Shown here in pieces: positions 32,723-41,573 of a stretch of DNA of 64,000 nt. How positions within the stretch are numbered: the stretch's first letter is position 1; every line of letters starts with the position of its first letter. The position numbers and the translations under genes were made by a program. Location: positions 37,233 through 101,232 of IMG/VR virus record IMGVR_UViG_3300028591_000134; one strand, written 5' to 3'. The notes beneath the pieces were generated by a model. It worked only from the letters and a program-made list of their open reading frames with translations. It was not told the DNA's origin and made no database searches. Source of the stretch: a virus (taxonomy: Duplodnaviria > Caudoviricetes).

Positions 32723-32932
32723 AATATTAAACCAAGTCCGTTCTCTTCTTTCCCTAAGTCTAAACGATGGCTAATGTCACCAAAATTCCATTAATAGGGT
32801 TACCCGGTTGCTGTTTATTCTACCAACTTATTTGAACAATTATCCGCATCGAATGCCTTGGATTACTCCAAGTAACGGCTGCGCCTGTAATACTTGGTTT
32901 ATGATTTTGTGGACCTGGAGGGCTAAGTTATA

Positions 32933-32961
32933 TGCAACCATATTGCTCCACACATCCGTTA
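32933..32961 (+). promoter_or_regulatory. TGCAAC-N18-CGTTA promoter for the antisense HNH gene
   Basis: TGCAAC-CATATTGCTCCACACATC-CGTTA, 14 nt before ATG 32976. Confidence 0.7.
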
Positions 32962-32975
32962 TTAAAATAAAAACT

Positions 32976-33473
32976 ATGTTAATAGAAGTTATTTGTAAAG
33001 AATGCGGTAAAGCATTTATGGCTGATTCTCGTGAGATAAACCGAGGACATGCGCAATTTTGTAGTATTTCGTGTGCCATTAAGTACAGAAACAAGACAAA
33101 TCCATATCATAAACACATATGTGTTCAATGTGGTAAAGAATTTGAAAGTAAAAGTACAAAAGTTAAATACTGCTGTAAGAGTTGTAAATATAAATATTAC
33201 AGATCTCTTATGAAAACAGAATTAAATGGCACTAAAAAATTACAGGACATTCTTAAAGAATTACCTTGTGAAAATTGCGGATGGAACATAGGACCACGAG
33301 ACGTTCATCATATAATTCCCGTCTCGGAAGGCGGAAAGAATGAGTTTGACAATCTCATTACACTATGCCCAAATTGTCATCGACTTGCTCATAGAAACCT
33401 TCTTTCGAAGGACAAGTTGATTGCACTTGTTAACTTACGGACTATCTCATCATCTTATGACATTGCTGCATAA
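32976..33473 (+). CDS. HNH endonuclease with zinc-ribbon repeats, antisense to its host intron
   Basis: CKECG..FCSISC, CVQCG..YCCKSC, CENCG..DVHHIIPVSEGGKNEFDNLITLCPNCH. Confidence 0.9.
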   Translation: MLIEVICKECGKAFMADSREINRGHAQFCSISCAIKYRNKTNPYHKHICVQCGKEFESKSTKVKYCCKSCKYKYYRSLMKTELNGTKKLQDILKELPCENCGWNIGPRDVHHIIPVSEGGKNEFDNLITLCPNCHRLAHRNLLSKDKLIALVNLRTISSSYDIAA

Positions 33474-33864
33474 GAGTTGGGCGCTCGAGCTGGTAATTAA
33501 GAGAACTATATCTCTCCAGTAGTCTCTGCACTTTTCGAGAGTGTACTCTCGACTTAGCTCAGGATTAGCATGCACAATGTTAGTTTTGAGCTATTATTAT
33601 GTTTAGCTTTCCCTGAATTCACCCAATTTTGTCATATACATTACTGTATAAGCGAACCCTATGATTCGAACCCTCGTCCAACAGCTTATTCTGGGACACG
33701 CTAAGATTGTGAGCAAGTGTGGGAGCGACCCACAAATGCCCTAGGAAGCATTCTAAGGCGTTCTGAGGCGTTTTATCTACCTGGTGTGGGTAGCTAATCC
33801 ACAAAAAGTTTTAATGCGCTTCGGAGGCCTTAAAATGCGTTGTATGTTGTGCACGGTGATATGA

Positions 33865-34122
33865 CTGATACAAAGATACTCGCATGTCGTACAAATATAC
33901 TTGATTGTCTGTATGAGCTAAAGCTGATACAATGATACACATACAGTTTGCTATTGAGCATAAGAGCATCTGTTTACGTCTATAGCTGCGACGTCTAAAC
34001 CCGCGTCTGATACTAAGATACTTGACGTATACGTTAATTCGCAATTATCTATCAACTCTACTCCTTAGGCTATACGCCACTCATTCAGTTGCAATAGATT
34101 TAGCATCTGATACAAAGATACT
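33865..34122. repeat. Four dispersed copies of CTGATACAAAGATACT
   Basis: 33865-33880, 33924-33939, 34007-34022, 34107-34122 (0-2 mismatches). Confidence 0.85.
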
Positions 34123-34174
34123 GTGCTTGGATTTGTTCTTATATAGTTTGCGAATCTATTATAAGTATGATGGA

Positions 34175-34639
34175 TTAGTAGCGGTCCCACTCTGCCATGT
34201 AGCGATACTCACCTGTGAGGGAGTTACGCAACTCTCGGATGTCCTTGTCATGCTCCTCGGTGGACTCACGGAACTTCTTTTCCTTCTCACGGTAGATTTC
34301 GGACTTCTTGTCCTTATACTCCGTGGGAGTCACCTTGCCGGCGAGAACCTCGTTGAGCAATTCTGTGCATTTCTTCAGAGTGTCTTTGGTGATACGATCC
34401 TCACGACGTCGTGCACGCAGATCAATCAACTCTTTGGTGTTGATGTACTTAGCGCACATAATCATGTTGGTCGACTCACGAACCTGCTGTTCGTCTTCAC
34501 GCTTCTTGATTTCCTCAAGAGCTTTCTGGACATTCTCGTCTTTAAGCAGGTTACCAGCTTTGATGTTTTCCATCACATTCTCCTCTGTCATTTCGGGGAG
34601 AGCTTTTGCCACATCGGGCTTTTTTGTTTCTTTTGCCAT
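34175..34639 (-). CDS. Charged coiled-coil hypothetical protein
   Basis: 154-aa ORF with strong codon bias. Confidence 0.8.
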   Translation of the reverse strand: MAKETKKPDVAKALPEMTEENVMENIKAGNLLKDENVQKALEEIKKREDEQQVRESTNMIMCAKYINTKELIDLRARRREDRITKDTLKKCTELLNEVLAGKVTPTEYKDKKSEIYREKEKKFRESTEEHDKDIRELRNSLTGEYRYMAEWDRY

Positions 34640-34662
34640 TTTGATAATGTTTTAAAAATTAA

Positions 34663-34794
34663 TTATACTTCATCCTCGTAGGACTGTTTATTGCTGCGTT
34701 TGTATGGTTCCATCTTGCGATGGTCGCCACGCTCTTTCTTTTCACGCTCTATTTCAACGCGTTTAGAGGGTCTGTCTCTTCTCGTCTTGCTCAT
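34663..34794 (-). CDS. Small charged peptide (43 aa)
   Basis: MSKTRRDRPSKRVEIERE...; ATGA overlap with the upstream gene. Confidence 0.5.
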   Translation of the reverse strand: MSKTRRDRPSKRVEIEREKKERGDHRKMEPYKRSNKQSYEDEV

Positions 34795-35246
34795 AACGAC
34801 GATATAAAATTATATGTCTTTTTGATGATTGCAATTTTCTCAGGGTCGAGACCATATTTATCCAACAAATCTTTACTGATTCTAAGGTCTTCGTTGGACA
34901 GGATGAACAATGCGTTCATGAACGCCTTGTTTTCTTTCTTTCCAGGATTTCGCTTGCATTTTTCTACTTTTGCAAGAATATCTTTTACGAAATTACTTGC
35001 GTTGTAGTTTGCAATTGAATCTGCCAGTGTTGTTCCAATGAGTATTGCCGCATTGTCTTCTGGAGTAAGCTCTATTTCCTCCTTTTTTGCTTCGAACGGC
35101 ACTACTTTTGCGACAGCTGCTGCAACCTCATCGTTTGACAATATAGCTGCTCCAACTACATCTGCATCTACTGGAAATGCTGCGGTTATTTTTGCGACAT
35201 CGAAGTCGTTGATTTCACCGCGATAGTATACGATCATCGCTTTCAT
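34791..35246 (-). CDS. Hypothetical protein
   Basis: 151-aa ORF with ATGA coupling. Confidence 0.75.
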   Translation of the reverse strand: MKAMIVYYRGEINDFDVAKITAAFPVDADVVGAAILSNDEVAAAVAKVVPFEAKKEEIELTPEDNAAILIGTTLADSIANYNASNFVKDILAKVEKCKRNPGKKENKAFMNALFILSNEDLRISKDLLDKYGLDPEKIAIIKKTYNFISSL

Positions 35247-35737
35247 ACTTCTTTGTACTTTTTATTGTTGATGATCGTATCGAATTCTCCTTGTGGTGCC
35301 GCCTCAGGCTCAGGAGGATTCTGTGCTTCTGCCGAGGTTGACGAATCTGATGGTGTAATATCTTCAGTTGTCGTATTAGAATCGTCAGGAGGGCCTAAGA
35401 ATTTGTATACTCCATAATTTCGTTGATATTCTATTACGATGTCCCGAATTGTTACTTCTTTTCTTGTTCCAAGTGCTACTTGTGCCACCTTCTGAAGTAA
35501 CTCATATGGTATCGAACAGAATGTAGAGTCGAACATACGTTCGTTCTCTATCCAGATACGATAGTCCATCACCTCTTCAGGTGTTGTGAACACTAGAGAA
35601 CTTTTCTCGTTCTCTACTACGCAGGTGTCGTTAGGTACGGATTTATCTCCGATGTACGCTGTGTATCCCCAGCCCCCCAACAAGCCGGCAGCGATTGCCC
35701 CTATTACTAAGAGCATTACATAAATTACCTTTTTCAT
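35243..35737 (-). CDS. Membrane-anchored hypothetical protein
   Basis: N-terminal TM segment MKKVIYVMLLVIGAIAAGLLGG. Confidence 0.75.
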   Translation of the reverse strand: MKKVIYVMLLVIGAIAAGLLGGWGYTAYIGDKSVPNDTCVVENEKSSLVFTTPEEVMDYRIWIENERMFDSTFCSIPYELLQKVAQVALGTRKEVTIRDIVIEYQRNYGVYKFLGPPDDSNTTTEDITPSDSSTSAEAQNPPEPEAAPQGEFDTIINNKKYKEV

Positions 35738-35782
35738 TTTTGATAAATTTAAAGGGTTAAACAATATGTTAATTGCACGAGA

Positions 35783-35965
35783 TTAATCTCTGAATATGTT
35801 GTCCCATATCCATGCACACGTTGCCATTGCGCACAAATCTATCAACAACAATGTGATTAACTGCCCTACAGTTACAGTGTGGTCTCCTGCTGCATTTGCT
35901 GTTATTGCAGTCAATATACACATTCCTATGAAGGATATTATTGCGAGTATAATTCTACCTGTCAT
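35783..35965 (-). CDS. Small two-TM membrane protein
   Basis: 60 aa with two hydrophobic helices. Confidence 0.6.
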   Translation of the reverse strand: MTGRIILAIISFIGMCILTAITANAAGDHTVTVGQLITLLLIDLCAMATCAWIWDNIFRD

Positions 35966-36203
35966 TGTATGTATTGTAATCGTTTTCTTCTAAGAATAGA
36001 CTTTCTGAGTCTATCTCTAAATCTTCACGAAGTTCTCCCAAATCATATTCATTCATTGAGAGTACACATAGAGAGTCGTTTGGTGCGTCTTTGAATGTAT
36101 AATACGGTATATCATTCTTTTCACACCACTTTTTAAATCGCTTCACGTCCCACTTATATCCACGAACTATCGTCTCATGAACACTCATTCGTCTCTTTTT
36201 CAT
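35955..36203 (-). CDS. Hypothetical protein (TAG stop)
   Basis: ATG at 36203 coupled to the upstream stop. Confidence 0.6.
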   Translation of the reverse strand: MKKRRMSVHETIVRGYKWDVKRFKKWCEKNDIPYYTFKDAPNDSLCVLSMNEYDLGELREDLEIDSESLFLEENDYNTYNDR

Positions 36204-36358
36204 CTTGTAATAATGAATTGTCCACGCCAATCAGTATACAACCTTTTTAAGGCTGCAACCCGTATTGGGGCGTTCCAATATGGGACATCTTTGAAAAGTG
36301 TCATTGTGGCTCCTTTTGCTTTGAAGATAATTTTTCTTAAATCTTTCTTCTCTACCAT
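36200..36358 (-). CDS. Small hypothetical protein (52 aa), not in the ORF track
   Basis: MVEKKDLRKIIFKAKG...; preceded by the ACATTATCAAA motif. Confidence 0.55.
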   Translation of the reverse strand: MVEKKDLRKIIFKAKGATMTLFKDVPYWNAPIRVAALKRLYTDWRGQFIITR

Positions 36359-36507
36359 TTTGATAATGTTTATTCGCTGAACTTATCCTATCAGCAAATT
36401 AGGAAAGGTGAAGCACGGGGATAATAAGAAAAACTGTGCATCAGGAATCTCATTCTACCTACAAATTAACACCCTACAACTCCGCTGAGTTGATTACTTC
36501 ACCTATG

Positions 36508-36581
36508 TGGACCAGGACGGGCTTGAACCGCCGACCTCCAGATTATGAGTCTGTTGCTCTAACCAACTGAGCTACAAGTCC
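36508..36581 (-). tRNA. tRNA with CAU anticodon, probably Ile2 (lysidine type); elongator Met not excluded
   Basis: GGACTTG/CTGGTCC, CAGA-CTCATAA-TCTG, GGCGG-TTCAAGC-CCGTC. Confidence 0.85.
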
Positions 36582-36916
36582 AAAAATACAGAACAGATAG
36601 AGAAGTGATGTAGTTTCCTCGTTTAATTCTGACTAACTATATCTCCATCAAAAATCCAGACTTCTATTCTGTATCAACACGTGTTTGGTTTCACACTTTG
36701 ATGTAATTGAAATTCTGCGCAGTAGGTGTGCTGTCAACATTACACCACTCCTTACTTAGAGTACTCGCCATAAGGCTCCTATTACCTCCTAATTTCAAAA
36801 TACACCTCATCTCGACTTAACCTACGAGCAGGCTGAGTTTCTAGACAGTGGCTGTCCCCCCTGTATGATTTCTGACAGGTAAGTATGTCTAGGCGTGCCT
36901 GGTGTGTTTAAAAGTG

Positions 36917-36994
36917 TTATCTATTCTCACGAACCGATAACACATACAAATAACAATATTAATTACGATGGATGGATTATCTATTCTCACGAAC
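36917..36994. repeat. 18-bp direct repeat TTATCTATTCTCACGAAC (two GUGA-tetraloop hairpins on the - strand)
   Basis: Copies at 36917-36934 and 36977-36994. Confidence 0.8.
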
Positions 36995-37374
36995 AGACAA
37001 TGATACAAAGTGTGAGGCAAGTTGTAAAACAAATTGTAAAATTACACACCCTCTCCTCATCCTCACTCTTGAGTCCCAGGGCTTGAGGTTTCCTGGTATA
37101 GCTGAGTTCTATGCGCACAACCAGAGGGAGCACTCATGGCTCCACTCTGGATGAAATTATGCAGTCTTTTAGTTAAGGCTCTGCATTTTCCTTATTTTGT
37201 TGTTCTCGCATCATTCGGTCTCTTACAGCCCTACGCATTTTTCTTTTGACAGGCATATGACCGTCTATGCCTGCCCAATCACTTAATGTTTCCATTTGTC
37301 GATTAACTGTTGCATAATGGCTACTATAAACATGAACGCCATTGTCGTTATTAATGCTACCAGTGTGTACATGG

Positions 37375-37803
37375 CTAACTCTTGGCTATTTCGAATGCAA
37401 GTATTGCTCCGATTTCTGCTGGCACATTACCGCAGTATGCAATCTTTGTCGGGCCAACCGCAAACATTGCGATTTTCACCGATCCGTATTTCCCGGCTAA
37501 AACATCCTCTCTTAGTTTTTTCATCTCTTTACTGAGGTTCTCAATGTTCTCCGTATCTACGTCTACTTTTTTTGCCTCTTCTTCCACCTCTTTGCTTAGC
37601 ATGGCGCCTTCGAGGTCTTTCATGATGTTTTTAAGATGCTGGATTTCTTCTTCAATATCCTCGCAGTTCTCAAGAACTTTGCTGATTACGAGATGATTTT
37701 CATCATCCACCGTAATGTCACATGGACAATCTGCCTGCAATATGTCCATCATTACCTCTGTGATTGTCACATCGGTTGTCAGGGTGAGCTTACCCTCTTT
37801 CAT
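37375..37803 (-). CDS. Acidic hypothetical protein (start uncertain, TAG stop)
   Basis: Coding-like from MKEGKLTL onward. Confidence 0.65.
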   Translation of the reverse strand: MKEGKLTLTTDVTITEVMMDILQADCPCDITVDDENHLVISKVLENCEDIEEEIQHLKNIMKDLEGAMLSKEVEEEAKKVDVDTENIENLSKEMKKLREDVLAGKYGSVKIAMFAVGPTKIAYCGNVPAEIGAILAFEIAKS

Positions 37804-37946
37804 TGATACTTTCATTGATAGATTTTGATTTAAAAATTGTGAGCAGAACTTTTGATAAGGTGTCTGCTCTCTACCTCTAATATTCCACTGGATAGTTCTT
37901 GACGATTGTACGTCCACTTCGCTGTTCTATTTCTGAAACATACAGC

Positions 37947-38276
37947 TTATTGTCTACTTCTCTTACTTTGACCATTCTCTAATTCCTTTGTGATTTGCGG
38001 GAGATACTGTCTGTAAGGTCTGCCAGTCCGTTTGGAGTAGCGGATTATAAAGGCTTTTCCTTTAGCTGAGAGGTAAATCGTCCACGTACTATCCTGTTTT
38101 TGATAAACGTAGTCGGTTTTTTGAGGTTCTTGATGCTCACGCGTAGGCGTGGTGTCAACAAATGTCTTGCCATTCCTGACCACATTCTGTGACCAGGATG
38201 ACACACTGAATATGAACGCTAGTGTTAATGCCAGCATAAATATCAGTAATGGTGGAGAGATTCTAGACTTCTTCAT
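37947..38276 (-). CDS. Secreted/signal-peptide hypothetical protein
   Basis: Hydrophobic N-terminus followed by QNVVRNGKTF. Confidence 0.7.
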   Translation of the reverse strand: MKKSRISPPLLIFMLALTLAFIFSVSSWSQNVVRNGKTFVDTTPTREHQEPQKTDYVYQKQDSTWTIYLSAKGKAFIIRYSKRTGRPYRQYLPQITKELENGQSKRSRQ

Positions 38277-38566
38277 ATTTTATTATGTGAATTGATTTCA
38301 AGCAAAATGCACGGAATACGGGTCACCGTGCTATACTGAGCGCTATCCTCAGCTTTACAACAGGACAAATCTATGGCTCAAAAACCTGTTGTCTTATATA
38401 TAAATGTCTGAAAGAGAGACCAAAAGAAAGCGGGAGAGTTGCTGAGTACAGACCAGCATCGCTCTCCCTTGCAACTCTTATGTTGCTGTAGCAGGTTTCT
38501 TGCTTATACAACCTGCTGAACGTAGCACACAAGGCAGGGAATTGAACAACTGGGATATGTTTTACT

Positions 38567-38893
38567 TCATTCATTAAATAGAAGTAAGTTGTTCTTGGCC
38601 TTTTGAGCAGATGCAGTATGAAACTCTTTGATTTGTTTCATACGCCTTTCAAAGACGCTCTCTTGAAGTGAACGACGGTTGTTCTCAGTCAATACGTCCA
38701 GAACTGAAACAAGGCTGTACAGGTCCTCATCATTCAGGTATATTTTCTTTTCAGCACCCTGAACGTGGTTGACCAACACCTCATTTACTCTGTCGTATAG
38801 ACGAGTCAACTCGCGCATGTCAGCATTGGACAAGCCCATCACGTCATAACTCTCAATAACTCTCTCATCGATGTAATTTCTCTTAATCAACAT
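38567..38893 (-). CDS. Hypothetical protein (start uncertain)
   Basis: Coding-like ORF. Confidence 0.6.
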   Translation of the reverse strand: MLIKRNYIDERVIESYDVMGLSNADMRELTRLYDRVNEVLVNHVQGAEKKIYLNDEDLYSLVSVLDVLTENNRRSLQESVFERRMKQIKEFHTASAQKAKNNLLLFNE

Positions 38894-39006
38894 AATACGA
38901 AGATATTTAATGGTTAATAAAATCATCATCGTGTCCAACTTGGGCCATATATTAATCAGTTCCTATGTTTGATGAATTCAAGAAACCAACAAAAAAACGA
39001 TGAGGA

Positions 39007-39486
39007 TTACTCCTCATCGTCATCGTTGTTGTTGTCCTCGTTTTCGGGGATGAAGTCCTTTCTTGCGAGTCGTGTTTTAAGATTGTTTAACGCAAGCAAA
39101 CGAGCCTTTTCACGCGAGCCGTAACAGGCTGGGCGCATAGTGCGCATAACGCGCCCACTTGATTTAACTTTGACTGCCGAAATACTGCCGTTTGTTAGTT
39201 CGCTAATGCTAAACTCGTAGCCGTTAACAGGCTCTTCATGCCCAACGGGCATTTCAGCCTTAAACAGCTTAAAAGCGGCTGCAGCGTCAAATTTGTCATC
39301 GTCATCTTTGCACTCCTTTGCATAGATAATGCCCAAGTCGTACGTTAACGAATAACTTTCGTTATCCGACAACGAGCCGACGGCAAATTTAGATTGACTA
39401 CTTTCGCCACACACGAAACGCACTACCGCAAGCGGCTTATCTGCACTCCATGATGCACTTTTTGTAACACTTGAAACAATTAGCAT
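39007..39486 (-). CDS. Hypothetical protein, first gene of the early block
   Basis: 159-aa ORF with an acidic tail. Confidence 0.7.
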   Translation of the reverse strand: MLIVSSVTKSASWSADKPLAVVRFVCGESSQSKFAVGSLSDNESYSLTYDLGIIYAKECKDDDDKFDAAAAFKLFKAEMPVGHEEPVNGYEFSISELTNGSISAVKVKSSGRVMRTMRPACYGSREKARLLALNNLKTRLARKDFIPENEDNNNDDDEE

Positions 39487-39607
39487 AACTGAAAATGGGT
39501 TAAGTTAGACAAAAGAAACGCTTTCACGTCAGCGGTTAACGGCGTAGTCACAACCCCATAGGGGATGTTTTCCGCGATGGATGATACAGGGGTGTGGTTT
39601 ATTGCTG

Positions 39608-39710
39608 GTTCACGTTTTCGTATGTACAAAAAATTATTTTTTTTGTTTCAGGTTTTTGTACACACAAAAAATTTTTGTTTCACGTTTCTGTACTTATACA
39701 AAAAAATTTT
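39608..39710. repeat. Three imperfect ~33-37 bp A/T-tract direct repeats
   Basis: GTT(T)CA(C/G)GTTT..GTA...ACAAAAAATT starting at ~39608, 39645 and 39677. Confidence 0.7.
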
Positions 39711-39712
39711 AG

Positions 39713-39747
39713 AAAAAAATAAAAGGGGACCCGTTTGGATCCCCCTT
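39713..39747 (-). terminator. Intrinsic terminator of the leftward late operon
   Basis: GGGGATCC-AAAC-GGGTCCCC followed by a T-run on the - strand. Confidence 0.8.
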
Positions 39748-39749
39748 AT

Positions 39750-40496
39750 TTAACTTTGCCCTTTAAGGGTATTATATTGTTGTATGATATCTTCATACTT
39801 TAAGTTTTGATGCATTTCAAAAAAGTCTTGTATTCCTCTATGATCCTTAGCAGTAATGCCTCTAACGTTTATCTTCCACAGCCATTCTTCAAACGATTTT
39901 GTTATATAATGGTCTATATGAATATCTTTTGGGTATACTTTATTGCACAATGCGTTGTGATTACCATGTATGAAGTGTAGTTTTAATTTATGCATATTAT
40001 AGCATACTTTAGTTATAAAACCATGTTGTTCGTCATATTTAGTAAATCCACATTGCTGTGTAAATATCTCCCATATAGGTTTATCATGTTCTGGTTTTAA
40101 GATGTGTCCAGAATAACCATAGTTGACCCAAGGTATTATAAGAGCTTCATAGTCTTTATATTGTTCTAATGAACCATTTAATTGTATAAATTCATCTGCA
40201 TCTATAGAAAAACACCAATCAAAGTCGTAGTTTTGTTGTATATATAGCAGACCTCTTATTATACATTCCATATGGAATATTCGACTTTTCTTTAACTAAT
40301 CTGTTTCATTTCCTAGAAGATCTCTAGCAGATGCCAGAATAACTTGAGGATATTTAGCACATATATCTTTGTGTGAAGATGATGTTATATCTTCATATAA
40401 GAATATCTTATCTATTCCTATATTTATATGATGTGTTATAAAATCCTCAAGATATTCATGTTCATCTTTAATTAGAGATAATATGCAAGATGTCAT
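39750..40496 (-). CDS. Glycosyltransferase (GT-A fold, GT2/GT92-like), one TAG read through
   Basis: IKDEHEYLEDFITHH..IG and WCFSIDADEF are in one frame across TAG 40298-40296. Confidence 0.82.
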
Positions 40497-41206
40497 TGCT
40501 CTGTAGGAGCACCGAGCGTATAAAGCCCATTTTGTTCGTTTTTTACTACAAGACCCCAAGCAGAACAATAGGCCTCTGATGCAGTTTGCGTAAATACTTC
40601 TAACGCGCTATAACCAGAATTAAGATTAAATGAACGTTCTTGCTTTTCAGGGGGAGTTTCGGATTCCATAAATATCTAACTCGGCCCTTCAGTATAAAAC
40701 GCGTAATCTCCTATAGAGGTTACTGTATCTGGAACAAATACCTAAAACGTCTGCTAATAGAACATATAATCTTCTATATATGAGTCGTCTTTTAGCTCAT
40801 AGAAGAATACAGTAGTTGCTGGAAATTGTTGTCCACTAAAACTTGGCGATCGCAAATCCTCCCCTTCTATATAATCAAATTCCTATTCAACTGGATCTAT
40901 ATTAAATACGTCGGCAGGTTTTGAAGCAAGCGACATCAAAGTGTTCTTATCGCAATAATACACTCGTTCTATATTAGAATTAATAGATTGGCTATTAGCA
41001 TCTACTATCGGAGAAACATAACCTTCTACTTCAACCATAGACAAAGCCACTACATATTTCTTTTTTGCTTCAGATTCTGACTCTTCTACAAAAGTATTCT
41101 AAACTGGTGTAACAGATGTTATAGAATCAAAAGTATACTATATTATACCCCATTCCCCTGGTTTTTCATATGCCCTAATCGGCTAATGTGTATAATTTGT
41201 TTTCAT
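40493..41206 (-). CDS. 237-aa protein with a BspA-like LRR unit; 7 in-frame TAG, absent from the ORF track
   Basis: Translated by hand: ...VFVPDTVTSIGDYAFY...IFMESETPP; ends in TGA overlapping the GT start. Confidence 0.75.
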
Positions 41207-41208
41207 TT

Positions 41209-41421
41209 TTAATTATTTAATATGTTTATATATCCTTCTGCATCTTCCCCTAGAGGCTCTAATATATACTCCCAATCCATAAAATCAGCGTTTTCACACA
41301 CATCATGACGATACATAATCTCTTGTTTTATATCTTCAGAGTATTCATAATTATCAGCACTTATGAGGGAGACAAATATGAAGTTTTTAAGCTGTTGTAT
41401 ATCATCTTCCGACTGATTCAT
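41209..41421 (-). CDS. Small acidic hypothetical protein
   Basis: ORF track; start uncertain. Confidence 0.5.
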   Translation of the reverse strand: MNQSEDDIQQLKNFIFVSLISADNYEYSEDIKQEIMYRHDVCENADFMDWEYILEPLGEDAEGYINILNN

Positions 41422-41573
41422 ACCAATTTCCTCCACTGATTAAATACTCTTCATCCCTTGAGATATTCGAGATCTCGCTCGTTCCCGTAAACCTCTCGTT
41501 CAAAGCTGATATTTTTATAGGCTTTATGTCCATGTTAGTATTTATTAAATTTATAAGGTATATATAATAGCTT

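Larger units (their letters stand above)
32923..33663 (-). mobile_element. Group I intron in the tmRNA T-loop
   Basis: Exon ends in U and intron ends in G; guide AGGGTTCG (33660-33653); core elements GAATTCAGGGAA, AATCCTGAGC, GCAGAGACTAC, GAGATAGTCC. Confidence 0.85.
32910..33714 (-). ncRNA. ssrA: tmRNA acceptor piece, split by a group I intron in the T-loop
   Basis: Joined ...GCTGTTGGAC-GAGGG-TTCGAAT|CCCTC-CAGGTCC-A pairs with GGGCCTG, including the G3.U70 alanine determinant. The 5' boundary is approximate. Confidence 0.82.

Noticed and set aside
32808-32975. N-terminal extension of the antisense HNH in the ORF track
   Set aside because: It overlaps the tmRNA exon and spacer; the promoter and A-rich leader point to ATG 32976.
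33865-34122. CRISPR array
   Set aside because: The repeat is only 16 nt, spacing is irregular (59, 83, 100 nt) and no cas genes are present.
34022-34681. 219-aa + strand ORF and similar antisense ORFs (e.g. 27922-28392, 28609-29025)
   Set aside because: They are shadows of strongly codon-biased - strand genes and have no recognisable motifs.
21978-35770. Recurrent GTTAAACA motif (~21980, 22846, 25946, 35756)
   Set aside because: It is short, AT-rich and inconsistently placed, so it cannot be separated from chance by eye.
41402-41533. TGA recoding
   Set aside because: Reading through the TGA hits TAA within a few codons, and TGA is a normal stop elsewhere.
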